Of a stretch of 40,870 nt of DNA, positions 16,697-26,884 are shown one piece after another. Source of the stretch: a virus (lineage: Duplodnaviria; Caudoviricetes); the IMG/VR virus record IMGVR_UViG_3300049172_000078, positions 1 to 40,870 of that record, one strand, 5' to 3'. The position numbers and the translations under genes were made by a program. Numbering within the stretch: the first letter of the stretch is position 1; every line of letters begins with the position of its first letter. The notes below the pieces were generated by a model that was not told the DNA's origin, searched no databases, and saw nothing but the letters and a program-made list of their open reading frames with translations.

Positions 16697-17275
16697 ATGC
16701 CCATCTCCCGAGTGACTAAGCTGTACGCAGTCGAGGACGCGAAGATCTTCCCGCTGCTCTCCGACCCCGAGGGCGGCACACCCTCGTACGGCGCCGGCAT
16801 CGACGTGCCCGGCATCAAGTCCATGGAGATCTCCGGCGACGTCGAGGTCAAGGAACTCCGCGGCGACAACGGACTGTTGGACTCCGACGCCACGATCTCG
16901 AACATCACCGTGGCCTACCCCCACGCGAAGCTGTCGCTGGACGTTCTCGTCGCGCTGATTGACTCGACCGTCACCGACTCGGGCACCACGCCGGCGCAGA
17001 AGTCGAAGTGGTCGCTGAAGCGCGGTGCCAAGCCCCTGCCGTACAAGCTCGTCGGGAAGACCCCGACGAGCGGCGGTGACGTCGTCGGTGGAGACGTCCA
17101 CTTCTCCCTGCTCAAGTGCGTCATGTCCAGCTTCCCTGGCTTGGGCCTCGCGGAAGAGGACTACCGCACGATCGAGAACGAGGCGCGCTGCGTGCCGCTC
17201 ATCTCGACGGGCGACTGGATCGACATCGACATCAACGAGACGGCCGTAGCGATCCCGACCGCCGCAACCCCGTGA
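16697..17275 (+). CDS. Major tail protein
   Basis: Siphovirus MTP-like (YGAGIDVPG, ELRGDN); synteny. Confidence 0.85.
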   Translation: MPISRVTKLYAVEDAKIFPLLSDPEGGTPSYGAGIDVPGIKSMEISGDVEVKELRGDNGLLDSDATISNITVAYPHAKLSLDVLVALIDSTVTDSGTTPAQKSKWSLKRGAKPLPYKLVGKTPTSGGDVVGGDVHFSLLKCVMSSFPGLGLAEEDYRTIENEARCVPLISTGDWIDIDINETAVAIPTAATP

Positions 17276-17278
17276 GCC

Positions 17279-17311
17279 CCGGGCCGGACGTCCGCTCAGC
17301 GTCCGGCCCGG
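17279..17311 (+). terminator. Hairpin after major tail gene
   Basis: 12-bp stem CCGGGCCGGACG / CGTCCGGCCCGG. Confidence 0.65.
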
Positions 17312-17364
17312 CCCCCTTCCCATCCGCAGGCCGAAACCCGGCACTCACAAGGGACCACACCACC

Positions 17365-17877
17365 ATGACGCAAGGCCTTGACCTGCTCGCCGAGGGCGGC
17401 ACCGTCACCCTCACCGACGGCACCGAAGTGCCGCTCCGCTACAGCTTCCGCGCCCTTGCCCTGCTGGAGGCCCGCTACGGGTCCGTCGCCGCCGTCCAGC
17501 AGGCGATCGACACCACCGGGCAGGGCGCCGCGTTCGGCCCGATCATTCAGCTCGTGGGCGCCGGCTGTGTCGGGCCGGGCGGGTTCGAGCCGCACTACCG
17601 CGAGCACCAGGACGCCAAGGGTGAGCGGCGCATTTCCGGCGACATCGTCTACCGGCGCCGCACGGACGGCGCGGACATCGCCGACCTGCTCCACCCCGGC
17701 CGCACCGCCGCCTACGTCGAGGCGTTCAACGCCGCGTTCTCCAAGGCCCTGGAGTCCCTGGGAAACGACGGAACCCCGGACCTCGCCGGGGCGATCGAGA
17801 CGGTTTCCCCTGGGCTGAGTGCTACTACCTCGCCGTCGGTGCCCTCCACATTCCTCCCGGAGCCTTCTGGGACATGA
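17365..17877 (+). CDS. Tail assembly chaperone (G)
   Basis: Between MTP and TMP; LRYSFRALALLE motif; slippery site near its end. Confidence 0.8.
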   Translation: MTQGLDLLAEGGTVTLTDGTEVPLRYSFRALALLEARYGSVAAVQQAIDTTGQGAAFGPIIQLVGAGCVGPGGFEPHYREHQDAKGERRISGDIVYRRRTDGADIADLLHPGRTAAYVEAFNAAFSKALESLGNDGTPDLAGAIETVSPGLSATTSPSVPSTFLPEPSGT

Positions 17878-18002
17878 CCCTCTGCCAGCTGATGACGCTG
17901 GCCGAGCAGCACCAGGCCGCCCACCAGACCGGCGGCCACCGCGAACCCGAACCCGCAGACGGCGCCAGCCTCCTTGGCTTCGCCTCGATGAACCGGAGGT
18001 GA
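17760..18002 (+). CDS. -1 frameshift extension of tail assembly chaperone (GT product 17365-18002)
   Basis: G GGA AAC at 17760-17766; -1 frame reads ...WAECYYLAVGALHIPPGAFWDMTLCQL... and stops 3 nt before the TMP start. Confidence 0.8.
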   Translation, partial: GKRRNPGPRRGDRDGFPWAECYYLAVGALHIPPGAFWDMTLCQLMTLAEQHQAAHQTGGHREPEPADGASLLGFASMNRR

Positions 18003-18005
18003 CCC

Positions 18006-21000
18006 GTGGCCGACGACATCAACTTGCCGAACCTGGTGTCGCATCTGGCGGTCAACCTCGACGGGTTGCAGGGCACAATCGCCGATGCCTCGCGGCAGGG
18101 GTCCAGCGTCGGCGCGGCCCTCGGCGGCGGGATCCAGCGCGAGCTACAGGGACTCCTCGCGCACCTGCCCGAGGTGCAGATCGACGCCAACTCGGACCAG
18201 GCTGATCGCGACCTGGCCCGGGTGCGTGAGCAGCTCGACGAGCTGTCCAACCAGCGCATCGGCGTGGACATCTCCGTCGATGAGGCGATGCGCCGGATCG
18301 GCCAACTCACCCCCCACCTTCAGCGGCTCTCGGACACCCACCCCAACGTCAACGTTCAGGCGTCCACGCGGGCCGCCTCCCGGCAGCTCGACGAACTCCT
18401 CGCAGCGGCTCGCCGCGTCGATGACACGGACGTCAGCATCGACGTGAACGTGGACACCGACCGGCCCAACCGGCTGGTGGGCATCGTCGGTCGTCTCGGC
18501 TCGGTCGCGGGCAGCGCGGCGGGCGCCCTGGCCGGGGTGGGCAAGGCAGCGGCCGGCATCGGCGCCGCGGTACCCCTCGTGGCTGGGGTGGTGCAGACCC
18601 TCGCGAACGTGGCCCCTGCGGCGGGCGTCGCGGTGACGGGTATGGCCGCCGTACAGCTGGCGTCCGGGGCGGTGAAGCTGGCGGCCGTTGGGATGGACGA
18701 CGCGCTGTCGGCCGCGCTGGACCCGTCCAAGGCTGCGGAGTTCAGTGAGGCGCTGGAGAAGCTGTCGCCGAACGCCCGGGCTTTCGCGACGGCGGTACGC
18801 GACGCGGCTCCGGCGCTTCGCGAGATGCAGCAGTCCGTGCAGGACCGGGTGTTCGCGGGGCTGGACGAGCAGCTGGAGCGCACCGGCGCGAGCGTGCTGC
18901 CCGTGCTGCGTACGAACCTGCTGAACGCCGGGACCGCGCTGAACGAGATGGCGACCGGCGCGGCTGGTGCGGCGCGGGAGCTGGCAGACTCCGGCACGCT
19001 GGGCCAGGCCCTCGGCTCGGCCAGCACCGGCCTGCGGAACCTGTCGGGGATCCCGGGCCTGGTGGTCACGGCGCTGGGGCAGATCGGTGCGGCGGCCGGC
19101 CCGTCGTTCGAGCAGCTCACGACCGGGGCCGCCACGGCAGCGCAGGGCATCGGGGAGCGGCTCAGCGCGGCGTTCGAGTCGGGCGCGATGCAGGACGCCA
19201 TCGAAACCGCCGTCGACCTGCTGAAGGATTTGATGGAGGTCGGCGGCAACGTCGGCGACATCATCGGCGGGATTTTCAACGCCGTGCCTGCCGGTGGCGG
19301 CGGGCTCGTCGGCACGCTCCAGCAGGTCACCGGGGCAATCGCCGACATCGTGAACACCGAGGGCGTGCAGTCGGGACTGCGCAGCCTGTTCGAGACGATG
19401 GGCACGATCGGCCAGACGGTGGCCCCCCTGCTTGCCTCTGCTCTTGGTGCGGTGGCCCCCATCCTCACGACGCTCGGGCCGCCCATCCAGGAACTCGTGA
19501 CGACGCTCGGCGCCGCCCTCCAGCCGATCATCGAGGCACTCGGCCCCGTCCTCAATGAAGTGGCCGGCGCGCTGGGGCAGCTGATCGTGGCCGTGTCGCC
19601 GCTGCTCGAAGTGTTCGGCCAGCTGATCACGGCCCTGCTGCCGGTGCTGATGCCGCTGTTCGAGGCGCTACAGCAGGTGTTCATGGCGCTCGCGCCTGTG
19701 CTGCAAGAGGTCGCGACCGCCCTGCTCGGGGCGCTCGCGCCGATCCTCGCGCAGATGCCCACCTACGTGCAGCCGTTCGCTGACCTGCTCGCGCAGCTCA
19801 CCGAAACCCTGCTGCCGATTCTGGCCGACCTGTTCGTGCAGCTGGCGCCGAGCCTGGCCACGCTGGGCGCCGCGTTCGGTCAGCTGCTCGCCGCTGCCGC
19901 CCCGATCATGGCCGCGCTCGGTCAACTCGTCGTGATCATCCTCAATGCCCTCATGCCGATCATTCAACCGCTGATCGGTCTGATCGCGAGCCTCGCCGGG
20001 ATCCTGGCGAACCTGCTTGCTGGGGTCATCACGAACGTCGTCGTGCCGGTCCTCAAGTTCATCGCCAAGCTGCTCACGGGCGATTTCTCCGGCGCGTGGA
20101 AGATGGCACAGGAGGGCGTCGGCAAGGCAGCGTCGTTCATCAGCGAGAAGGCCTCCGCTATCGGGAAGTGGATCGGCGACGCGGTGGGCAAGGCGGTCAG
20201 CTGGCTCCGCGGCATGGGAAGCCGGGCGCTGTCCGCGCTGGGCAACCTCGCCGTGAGCATGGTCACCCCCGCGGTGAGAGCCGGCCAGTCGATGGTGAAC
20301 GCGATCAGCCAGAAGATCTCTGCTGCGATCACCTGGGTGCGGGGCCTGCCGGGCCGTGCCCGTTCGGCGCTCGGCAGCCTGAACGGCACCCTGGTTTCGG
20401 CAGGTAAGTCCCTGATCCAGGGCTTCATCAACGGCATCGCCAGCATGGTCGGCAGCGTCAAGTCGAAGCTGGGCGAGATCACGGGCAAGCTCACCAGCTG
20501 GAAGGGCCCGCCGTCGAAGGACGCCAAGATCCTCACCCCGGCCGGTCGGCTGCTGATCGAGGGGTTCATACGCGGCATCAACGACAGCACGGCCAAGCTG
20601 CGCTCCCGGCTGGAGTCCATCACTAAGGCTCTGCCGGCCAACGTGCGCAACGGGGTAGGCAAGTCGCTGGCGGCCTCGACGAGGGAGCTGCAGAAGCAGG
20701 TCACCAAGCGGGACAACGTCTTCAAGCAGCTGGCCGCCGTCGAGAAGAAGATCAAGGATCTGACGACCGCGCGGGACAAGGCGCGAGCGGACATCACGAA
20801 GGGCATCCTCGACGAGGCCAACATCGTGCAGGGCAACACCGATGTGAACTCGGTGTCGGCGATCACGGTCGGGTTGCAGCAGGCACTCAAGGCAACGAAG
20901 GACTTCCAGGCCAACATCGCCAAGCTGCGCAAGGCCGGGCTCCGTAGCGACCTGCTCCAGCAGATCGCGGACGCTGGTGTCGACGCGGGCGGCGCCACGG

Positions 21001-21548
21001 CCCGGGCCCTGGCGAACGCGACCCCGGCCGAGCTGAAGAAGATCAACGACCTGCAAGGGCAGCTCGCCGCCTCGGCGACGTCGACCGGCAACACCGTAGG
21101 CGACGCCCTGTACCAGGCCGGGATCCGCGCCGCCCAAGGCCTGATGGCCGGGCTGCGGACGCAAGAGGGCGCGATCGAGCGGCAGATGCGGCGGATCGCC
21201 GAGGGGATGCTGAAGACGGTCAAGAAGGCGCACAAGACCAAGAGCCCGTCCCGCGCATTCCACGAGATCGGCGTCATGGACATGGAGGGCTGGCGCGGGG
21301 GCCTCACCGCCAGTTCGTCCCGCGTCATGGACGCGGCCCGGTCGGTGGCGGCCGGCGTGCTCAACGTGGCGTCCGGGGTGGGCGGTGCGCTGTCCGCTAC
21401 GCCGATGCCCGGGCAGCTCGCCGCGGTGTATGCGGGTGGCGGTGGCGGCGGGAGCGACACCTACAACATCAACATGTACGGCACGCAGGCGACGCCAGGC
21501 GAGCTGGTCCGCGAGCTGTCGTGGCGCGGCCTCGTAGGGAGGCGGTGA
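18006..21548 (+). CDS. Tape measure protein (1180 aa)
   Basis: Longest ORF, Ala/Leu/Gly-rich helical repeats, C-terminal SPSR motif, synteny. Confidence 0.95.
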   Translation: MADDINLPNLVSHLAVNLDGLQGTIADASRQGSSVGAALGGGIQRELQGLLAHLPEVQIDANSDQADRDLARVREQLDELSNQRIGVDISVDEAMRRIGQLTPHLQRLSDTHPNVNVQASTRAASRQLDELLAAARRVDDTDVSIDVNVDTDRPNRLVGIVGRLGSVAGSAAGALAGVGKAAAGIGAAVPLVAGVVQTLANVAPAAGVAVTGMAAVQLASGAVKLAAVGMDDALSAALDPSKAAEFSEALEKLSPNARAFATAVRDAAPALREMQQSVQDRVFAGLDEQLERTGASVLPVLRTNLLNAGTALNEMATGAAGAARELADSGTLGQALGSASTGLRNLSGIPGLVVTALGQIGAAAGPSFEQLTTGAATAAQGIGERLSAAFESGAMQDAIETAVDLLKDLMEVGGNVGDIIGGIFNAVPAGGGGLVGTLQQVTGAIADIVNTEGVQSGLRSLFETMGTIGQTVAPLLASALGAVAPILTTLGPPIQELVTTLGAALQPIIEALGPVLNEVAGALGQLIVAVSPLLEVFGQLITALLPVLMPLFEALQQVFMALAPVLQEVATALLGALAPILAQMPTYVQPFADLLAQLTETLLPILADLFVQLAPSLATLGAAFGQLLAAAAPIMAALGQLVVIILNALMPIIQPLIGLIASLAGILANLLAGVITNVVVPVLKFIAKLLTGDFSGAWKMAQEGVGKAASFISEKASAIGKWIGDAVGKAVSWLRGMGSRALSALGNLAVSMVTPAVRAGQSMVNAISQKISAAITWVRGLPGRARSALGSLNGTLVSAGKSLIQGFINGIASMVGSVKSKLGEITGKLTSWKGPPSKDAKILTPAGRLLIEGFIRGINDSTAKLRSRLESITKALPANVRNGVGKSLAASTRELQKQVTKRDNVFKQLAAVEKKIKDLTTARDKARADITKGILDEANIVQGNTDVNSVSAITVGLQQALKATKDFQANIAKLRKAGLRSDLLQQIADAGVDAGGATARALANATPAELKKINDLQGQLAASATSTGNTVGDALYQAGIRAAQGLMAGLRTQEGAIERQMRRIAEGMLKTVKKAHKTKSPSRAFHEIGVMDMEGWRGGLTASSSRVMDAARSVAAGVLNVASGVGGALSATPMPGQLAAVYAGGGGGGSDTYNINMYGTQATPGELVRELSWRGLVGRR

Positions 21549-21550
21549 CC

Positions 21551-22957
21551 GTGGCTCAGCAGGCAATCGGCCGGGTGCAGTGGGGCGACCTCACGTTCGG
21601 CCCCGGCAGCCCGTACGCGGTGACGGGAATCGAGGGGCTGGACGATCTGCCGGCCATCCGGTCCGAGGACGTGGACCGGCCCGGGCAGCACGGCGACTAC
21701 ACCGGCCCGGACTACACCGAGGCCCGCACGGTGCAGCTGAAGCTCGGGCTGCGCGGCGAGACACCCGACGATCTGCGGGCCCTGTCCATCGCGCTACGCA
21801 ACGCGACGCAGCCGCAACGCCAGCCCGCGCCGCTCCAGTTCCTCGATCAGAACATCCTCGTGTGGGCGAAGGTACGGAAGCGTGCGATCCCGTACGACGC
21901 CGAGTACCTGTGGCGCATCGGGGACGCCGCGCTCGAGCTGTACTGCGCCGACCCCTACCTGTACGGGCTGGAGGAGAAGACCGCGTCCACCACGGCGTAT
22001 AGTCCCGCGGCCGGCCGCTCCTACCCGCTGGCCTATCTCGGTACGGGCGTCGAGGTGCGGAACCTCGTGCTGAACCCCAGCGCCGAGGTGGATCTCACGA
22101 ACACCGTGTCGCTCGGCGCGAACATCACACGCACACGGGTGACCACCGACACCAAGTACGGTGTCGCGTCCGTCGAGCACACGCACACCTCGGGCACCGC
22201 CTCACAGGCCGGTGGACTGTGGCTCATCCCCACGCAGACCGAGGGCGCCACACTGCGCCTGTCGTTCTGGGTGAAGATCGTGTCCGGGGCGCCGGCCTCC
22301 GGCTATGTGGCGCTGCGCCTGGCCACCGGCACGCCGCTCCAACTGCCGCTCCCCACGCTGCCCCCGACCGGGACGTGGGGCCGCATCGACGTGGCCTACA
22401 CGCTCGGCCCGGGTGAGTCGTACGACCGGATCGGCCTCGCCCTCAACGGCAGCACGGGGACGGTATGGCGAGTGGACGCGGTCATGTGCGACCCGTCCGG
22501 CCAACTCAACGAGTACGTGGACGGCAGCGTGTCGGGCGGCACCTGGGACGGCACGGCGCACGCCTCGACATCCCGCCGCGCGGTGTCCTGGCCGCGCGCC
22601 TACGGCGACGCTGGCGAGTCCGGCCGGCTGACCGCCGTGAACGACGGGGCCAGCCCAGCGTTTCCGATCCTGCGGCTGGACGGGCCGGTCGCGAACCCGG
22701 CGATCGAGCAGATCGGGGGCGGCATCCTCACCCTCGACGCAACCCTCCAGCCCGGCGAGTACCTACTGATCGACACTCGCACCCGCGCGGTGCTGTTCAT
22801 GGGCTCCACCCCGCGCCGTACGTGGGTGCGTGCGGGCTCGGCGTGGCCCGTGCTGCTGCCCGGCTCTAATGAACTCGCCTACCGCGGCAGCGCCCTGCCC
22901 GGTGCGCCCGGCCAATCGTCCCTGCTGACCGCCACGTGGCGCGACACCAGCCTGTGA
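21551..22957 (+). CDS. Distal tail protein (Dit) with inserted carbohydrate-binding-like domain
   Basis: Dit motifs (GLDD.P, HGDY.G, C.DPY.Y, N.G..P, L.PG.N) split by an insert beginning RNLVLNPSAE; start 21545 or 21551. Confidence 0.8.
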   Translation: MAQQAIGRVQWGDLTFGPGSPYAVTGIEGLDDLPAIRSEDVDRPGQHGDYTGPDYTEARTVQLKLGLRGETPDDLRALSIALRNATQPQRQPAPLQFLDQNILVWAKVRKRAIPYDAEYLWRIGDAALELYCADPYLYGLEEKTASTTAYSPAAGRSYPLAYLGTGVEVRNLVLNPSAEVDLTNTVSLGANITRTRVTTDTKYGVASVEHTHTSGTASQAGGLWLIPTQTEGATLRLSFWVKIVSGAPASGYVALRLATGTPLQLPLPTLPPTGTWGRIDVAYTLGPGESYDRIGLALNGSTGTVWRVDAVMCDPSGQLNEYVDGSVSGGTWDGTAHASTSRRAVSWPRAYGDAGESGRLTAVNDGASPAFPILRLDGPVANPAIEQIGGGILTLDATLQPGEYLLIDTRTRAVLFMGSTPRRTWVRAGSAWPVLLPGSNELAYRGSALPGAPGQSSLLTATWRDTSL

Positions 22958-22974
22958 GAAAGGAGGCCTGAGAG

Positions 22975-24060
22975 ATGGCCGCTATCAATCCTCCCCCGTG
23001 GATGCAGGCGGGGACGTACCCGGCCCGCAATGACCGGCTGGTGGTCACGTCGCTGCTGTCGTACCCCGGGTTCGCGGTGGACGAGGCAACTCCCATGCGG
23101 ATTCGGCAGGGCGTGAAGCCGAGCTACCAGAACGCGCAGATGAAGGTCCGCGCGGCGGCGACACCGAATATGACGGTCATCGTGTCCGCCGGGTTCGCGT
23201 TCATCGACCAGCACGACACGGGCGGAGTCGGCACCTACCTGTGCGTCAACGACGCCGACCTCACGCTGACCGTCGCCCCGGCGGGCGGCGCCGGCCAGTA
23301 CCGCAAGGACGCCGTGGTCGCCTCGGTGTACGACCAGGAGTATGCGGGCGGCGTATCTGAGTGGCGGCTGGAGATCATCCAAGGCGCGTACGCTGCGAGC
23401 GCTGGCGCGGCGGTGCGGCCGGCGCTGCCGAACAACGCGCAGTTGCTCGCTGAGCTGGCGATCGGCCCTAGCCAGACCTCGGTGTCGGCGGCGAACATCA
23501 CCGACTTCCGGCAGTACGCGGTCGCGGCGGGCGGCATCGTGCCGGTGTCGTCGAACAACGCGCCGCCGCGGCTGGCGCCGGGGCAGGCGCTGTACCTGAC
23601 CGACACCGACGTGGTGGAGGTTGGGCAGCTGGCGGGGACGAAGCGGCAGCTGCGCGAGTATGTGCGGCCGTCGTCGTCGCTCCAGTCGGCGAACCCGCCG
23701 TTCAACGTGGTCGCTACGTACACCGACTTCCTGTCCGGGTCGTGGGCGCCGATCACCGTCACGGTGCCGCCGTCGGGCATGGTCCGCGTGTCGATCTCGG
23801 CGAACGCAGAGAACACGAACACCGCCACCAGCACGTGCCACGTGACGTGGCGTGCCTCGGGTGCTACCACCGTCACGGCGTCCGCCTTCAACTCGCTCAC
23901 TGCGGCGGGCGGCCGTATCGCCGCGACACGCACGCGGCTGATCACCGGTCTCACCCCGGGCGCCAGCCTCACGATCACGCCGCAGTGGAACATCTCCTCG
24001 GGCTCGTCATCGACGGCGACGATCTCCGGCGGCACGCTGGAGGTGACCCCGATCCCGTGA
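22975..24060 (+). CDS. Minor tail protein
   Basis: AGGAGG RBS; PNMTVIVSAG, R.D.VV, ITDFR motifs typical of actinophage tail-tip proteins. Confidence 0.8.
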   Translation: MAAINPPPWMQAGTYPARNDRLVVTSLLSYPGFAVDEATPMRIRQGVKPSYQNAQMKVRAAATPNMTVIVSAGFAFIDQHDTGGVGTYLCVNDADLTLTVAPAGGAGQYRKDAVVASVYDQEYAGGVSEWRLEIIQGAYAASAGAAVRPALPNNAQLLAELAIGPSQTSVSAANITDFRQYAVAAGGIVPVSSNNAPPRLAPGQALYLTDTDVVEVGQLAGTKRQLREYVRPSSSLQSANPPFNVVATYTDFLSGSWAPITVTVPPSGMVRVSISANAENTNTATSTCHVTWRASGATTVTASAFNSLTAAGGRIAATRTRLITGLTPGASLTITPQWNISSGSSSTATISGGTLEVTPIP

Positions 24061-25265
24061 GCACTGACTTCGCGATGGTGTCCGCGATGCTCACTGCGGG
24101 CACGCAGACCTCGCCCGAGCACACGTACACCTACCTGTTCACGGATCTGCGCACGGACACGCTGCTCGCGGAACTGCCCCTCGCTGACGTCTCGTACAGC
24201 TTCGAGCTGAACGGGATCGGCAAGCTGTCCGGCACGATCCCGTACGCGGATGAGACGCTGCCGCTCGACCCGGAGACCGCGAGTACCCCGGGCCGCACGG
24301 CGGTGTACGTCGACCGTGACGGCGTCCTCGTGTGGGGCGGCATCATCTGGACCCGCGACCGGGTGAAGGGCGGCAAGTCCATCCAGGCCGCCGAGTTCCT
24401 CAGCTACTTCCAGCACCGGTACGTCAAGAAGACGTTGTCCACGGACACGAGCCTGCTCACCAACCCGGCCTACGTGGACGCCGGTGGGCAGCGTCTCTAC
24501 GGCGACCAGAAGTTCATCATGTGGAGCCTGCTCCGCTACGCGCAGGACCAAGCCGGCGGGAACGTGAACATCGACCTGAACCCGCTGACTGCGCCGGGCC
24601 ACGGCATCGACCGCACCGTCTCGTACTTCGGGTACGAGCGGCCGGAGATCTACAAGGCGATCGCCGAGCTGGCGTCGGCCGACTCCGGGTTCGACTTCGG
24701 CGTCGAAGTGGGCTGGACCAGCGCGGCGAACAACCAAGCGCCGCAGCGCTTCCGCAGGGCCCGCGCCTGGTACCCGCGGCGCGGCCGGACCGCGCAGGAG
24801 TCGGGCCTGGTGTTCTCCAAGGGCGGCGGCCACGGCTCGATCATTGACTATGACTGGCCCGAGGACGGGACGTCCCTCGTCACGGAGATGTCCGGGCTCG
24901 GCGCCGGAAGCGGTGAGGCACGGATCGTGAAGACCGCGGCGGCAACGGACCTGATCGATTCCGGGTGGCCGCTACTGGAGGGCGTGCAGACGTACGACGG
25001 GGTGATCGACGAGGCACAGGTGCAGGGCATGACGAACGCCGACCTCGACGCCCGCTCGCGGTCGACGACGCAGCCCACGTTCGAGGTGGCTGCCGACACC
25101 GACCCCGAGTTCGGCTCGTACTCCGTGGGGGACGAGGCGCTGTTCGTCATCGACCCCGAGCCGCAGAGCCCGTCCGGCCGCGAGGGGGTGCTGCGCATCG
25201 TCAGCATCGAGAACACCGCGGTCAACGGGCCCGAGCGCGTACGCCTGACCTGCGTGGGGGTGTGA
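24057..25265 (+). CDS. Minor tail / baseplate hub (Tal-like) protein
   Basis: AELP...LNG.G...VDRDG.LVWGG motif; synteny. Confidence 0.8.
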   Translation: MSTDFAMVSAMLTAGTQTSPEHTYTYLFTDLRTDTLLAELPLADVSYSFELNGIGKLSGTIPYADETLPLDPETASTPGRTAVYVDRDGVLVWGGIIWTRDRVKGGKSIQAAEFLSYFQHRYVKKTLSTDTSLLTNPAYVDAGGQRLYGDQKFIMWSLLRYAQDQAGGNVNIDLNPLTAPGHGIDRTVSYFGYERPEIYKAIAELASADSGFDFGVEVGWTSAANNQAPQRFRRARAWYPRRGRTAQESGLVFSKGGGHGSIIDYDWPEDGTSLVTEMSGLGAGSGEARIVKTAAATDLIDSGWPLLEGVQTYDGVIDEAQVQGMTNADLDARSRSTTQPTFEVAADTDPEFGSYSVGDEALFVIDPEPQSPSGREGVLRIVSIENTAVNGPERVRLTCVGV

Positions 25266-25266
25266 C

Positions 25267-25749
25267 GTGCCCAAGGTGCAGAAGACCGTCGACTTCCTCC
25301 AGCGGCTCGCCGAGCTCGAGGAGACCGTGGCCGCGCTTCAGCGGGCGGGGTGGGAGCGGGACGAGCTGCCGTTCTACCCCACGTCGCTGCACACGTTCGT
25401 CTACGAGGACAGCACGTCATTCGCGACGCTGTGGGAAACGGTCATGTCCCCCCGCACGGCCAGCCTCAGTCTGGGCCTGGTGTTCATCGGCGACCAGGTC
25501 TCCAGCGTCAACACGGGCGGCGAGTGGCAGGTCGTGTTCAACGACTCCACCGTCGTCGCGAGCGGAACGGTGCCGGCCACGTTCGCCTACACGCTGCCCG
25601 CGCTCACCCTCGATCTCACCCCGTACCGGGCCACGTCGCTGCTGAAGGTGCAGATCCAAGTGCGTCGCACGTCCGGCACGAACACGGGCGGGAAGTTCGG
25701 CGGCGGCGGCTCGATCGGCGGCGCACCCCGCTACGCCCGACTTCTCTGA
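25267..25749 (+). CDS. Minor tail protein
   Basis: N-terminal short coiled coil (LQRLAELEETVAALQR) then beta-rich domain. Confidence 0.7.
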   Translation: MPKVQKTVDFLQRLAELEETVAALQRAGWERDELPFYPTSLHTFVYEDSTSFATLWETVMSPRTASLSLGLVFIGDQVSSVNTGGEWQVVFNDSTVVASGTVPATFAYTLPALTLDLTPYRATSLLKVQIQVRRTSGTNTGGKFGGGGSIGGAPRYARLL

Positions 25750-25758
25750 AAGGACACC

Positions 25759-26595
25759 GTGATGAAGCTCGTGACGCGCGCGCAGTGGGGGGCCCGGGAC
25801 TACCGCCTGCCCAACGGCGCCACCCTCTACAGCGGCAACCGCCGCGGCGTGAAGCTGCACTACCTCGGCACCCCGTACACCGACCGGCCGCACACGCAGT
25901 GCGCCGCCTACGTGCGGCAGATCCAGGCCCAGCACATGGACGGCAACGGCTGGTCGGACATCGGCTACTCGTTCGCCGTCTGCACCCACGGCTACGTGTA
26001 CGAGGGCCGAGGACTGCGCCGCCGGAACTCCGCGAACGGCTCGACCAGCCTGAACAACCAGGACTACGCGGTGCTGTTGCTCGTCGGCTCGTCGGGGCTC
26101 ACCCGGCCGACGGACGAGCAGCTGCACGGCGCCCGTGACGCCATCGACTACTGCCGCGAGGAGGGCCCGGCCGGGGCGTGGCTCGGCGGGCACCGCGACG
26201 GCTACGCCACATCCTGCCCCGGCGACGCCGTGTACGCCTGGGTCAAAGCCGGGGCCCCGCGCCCCACCACCGAGGAGGACAACATGCCGCTGACCAAAGC
26301 CGACGTGGCCACGCTGTGGAAGACCGACGGAGTGATCGGCGTCCCGGCCGACTGGTCCCCGGGGAACGAGCACTGGGCGCCGGCCTCGCTGCTGATCGAC
26401 ATGGGCAAGCGGCTGCGTGTCCTCCAGGCCAACGACGCCGCACAGACCGCTGCCATCACCGCGATGGCCTCCGCTCTCGGCCGCCTCGACGAGGCCGTGG
26501 ACGTGGACGCCCTCGTCTCCAAGGTCCGGGCCGCGGTCACCGAGGCCGTGGAATCCATCGACGTCCGCCTGGACGCCGCCGACACCCAGAAATGA
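25759..26595 (+). CDS. Endolysin, N-acetylmuramoyl-L-alanine amidase (Amidase_2/PGRP-like)
   Basis: LHY, GWSDIGYSF, YEGRG, GHRD...TSCPG. Confidence 0.92.
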   Translation: MMKLVTRAQWGARDYRLPNGATLYSGNRRGVKLHYLGTPYTDRPHTQCAAYVRQIQAQHMDGNGWSDIGYSFAVCTHGYVYEGRGLRRRNSANGSTSLNNQDYAVLLLVGSSGLTRPTDEQLHGARDAIDYCREEGPAGAWLGGHRDGYATSCPGDAVYAWVKAGAPRPTTEEDNMPLTKADVATLWKTDGVIGVPADWSPGNEHWAPASLLIDMGKRLRVLQANDAAQTAAITAMASALGRLDEAVDVDALVSKVRAAVTEAVESIDVRLDAADTQK

Positions 26596-26606
26596 GAGGT
26601 ACCCCC

Positions 26607-26873
26607 ATGTCCGAACTCAACCTGCCCAACGCCGAAACCGTCGTAAAGACGGCGAAGACCTACGCCAGAGACCTGGCCGAGCGCACCCTCGCCACGTTCG
26701 TCGTCACGGCCGGCGGTGTGGCCGTAGCTGCGGGCCCGGCCGACATGTTCCGCGCTTCCTTCTGGGAGACGATGGCCGCGGCCGGAGTGGCCGCAGCGGG
26801 GACCGTGCTGAAGGGCATGGTGGCGCGGGCGTTCGGCACCAAGAACAGCGCCTCTCTGGCGCGCGGCGTCTAG
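26607..26873 (+). CDS. Holin (r1t-like)
   Basis: DLAERTLATF motif, TMs, C-terminal SASL; follows the lysin. Confidence 0.75.
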   Translation: MSELNLPNAETVVKTAKTYARDLAERTLATFVVTAGGVAVAAGPADMFRASFWETMAAAGVAAAGTVLKGMVARAFGTKNSASLARGV

Positions 26874-26884
26874 GAGCACACCAG

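Noticed and set aside
18356-21566. Long minus-strand ORFs opposite the tape measure (also 7503-9074, 8902-10392, 12659-14185, 23235-24833)
   Set aside because: Antisense shadows expected in high-GC coding DNA; no motifs or RBS
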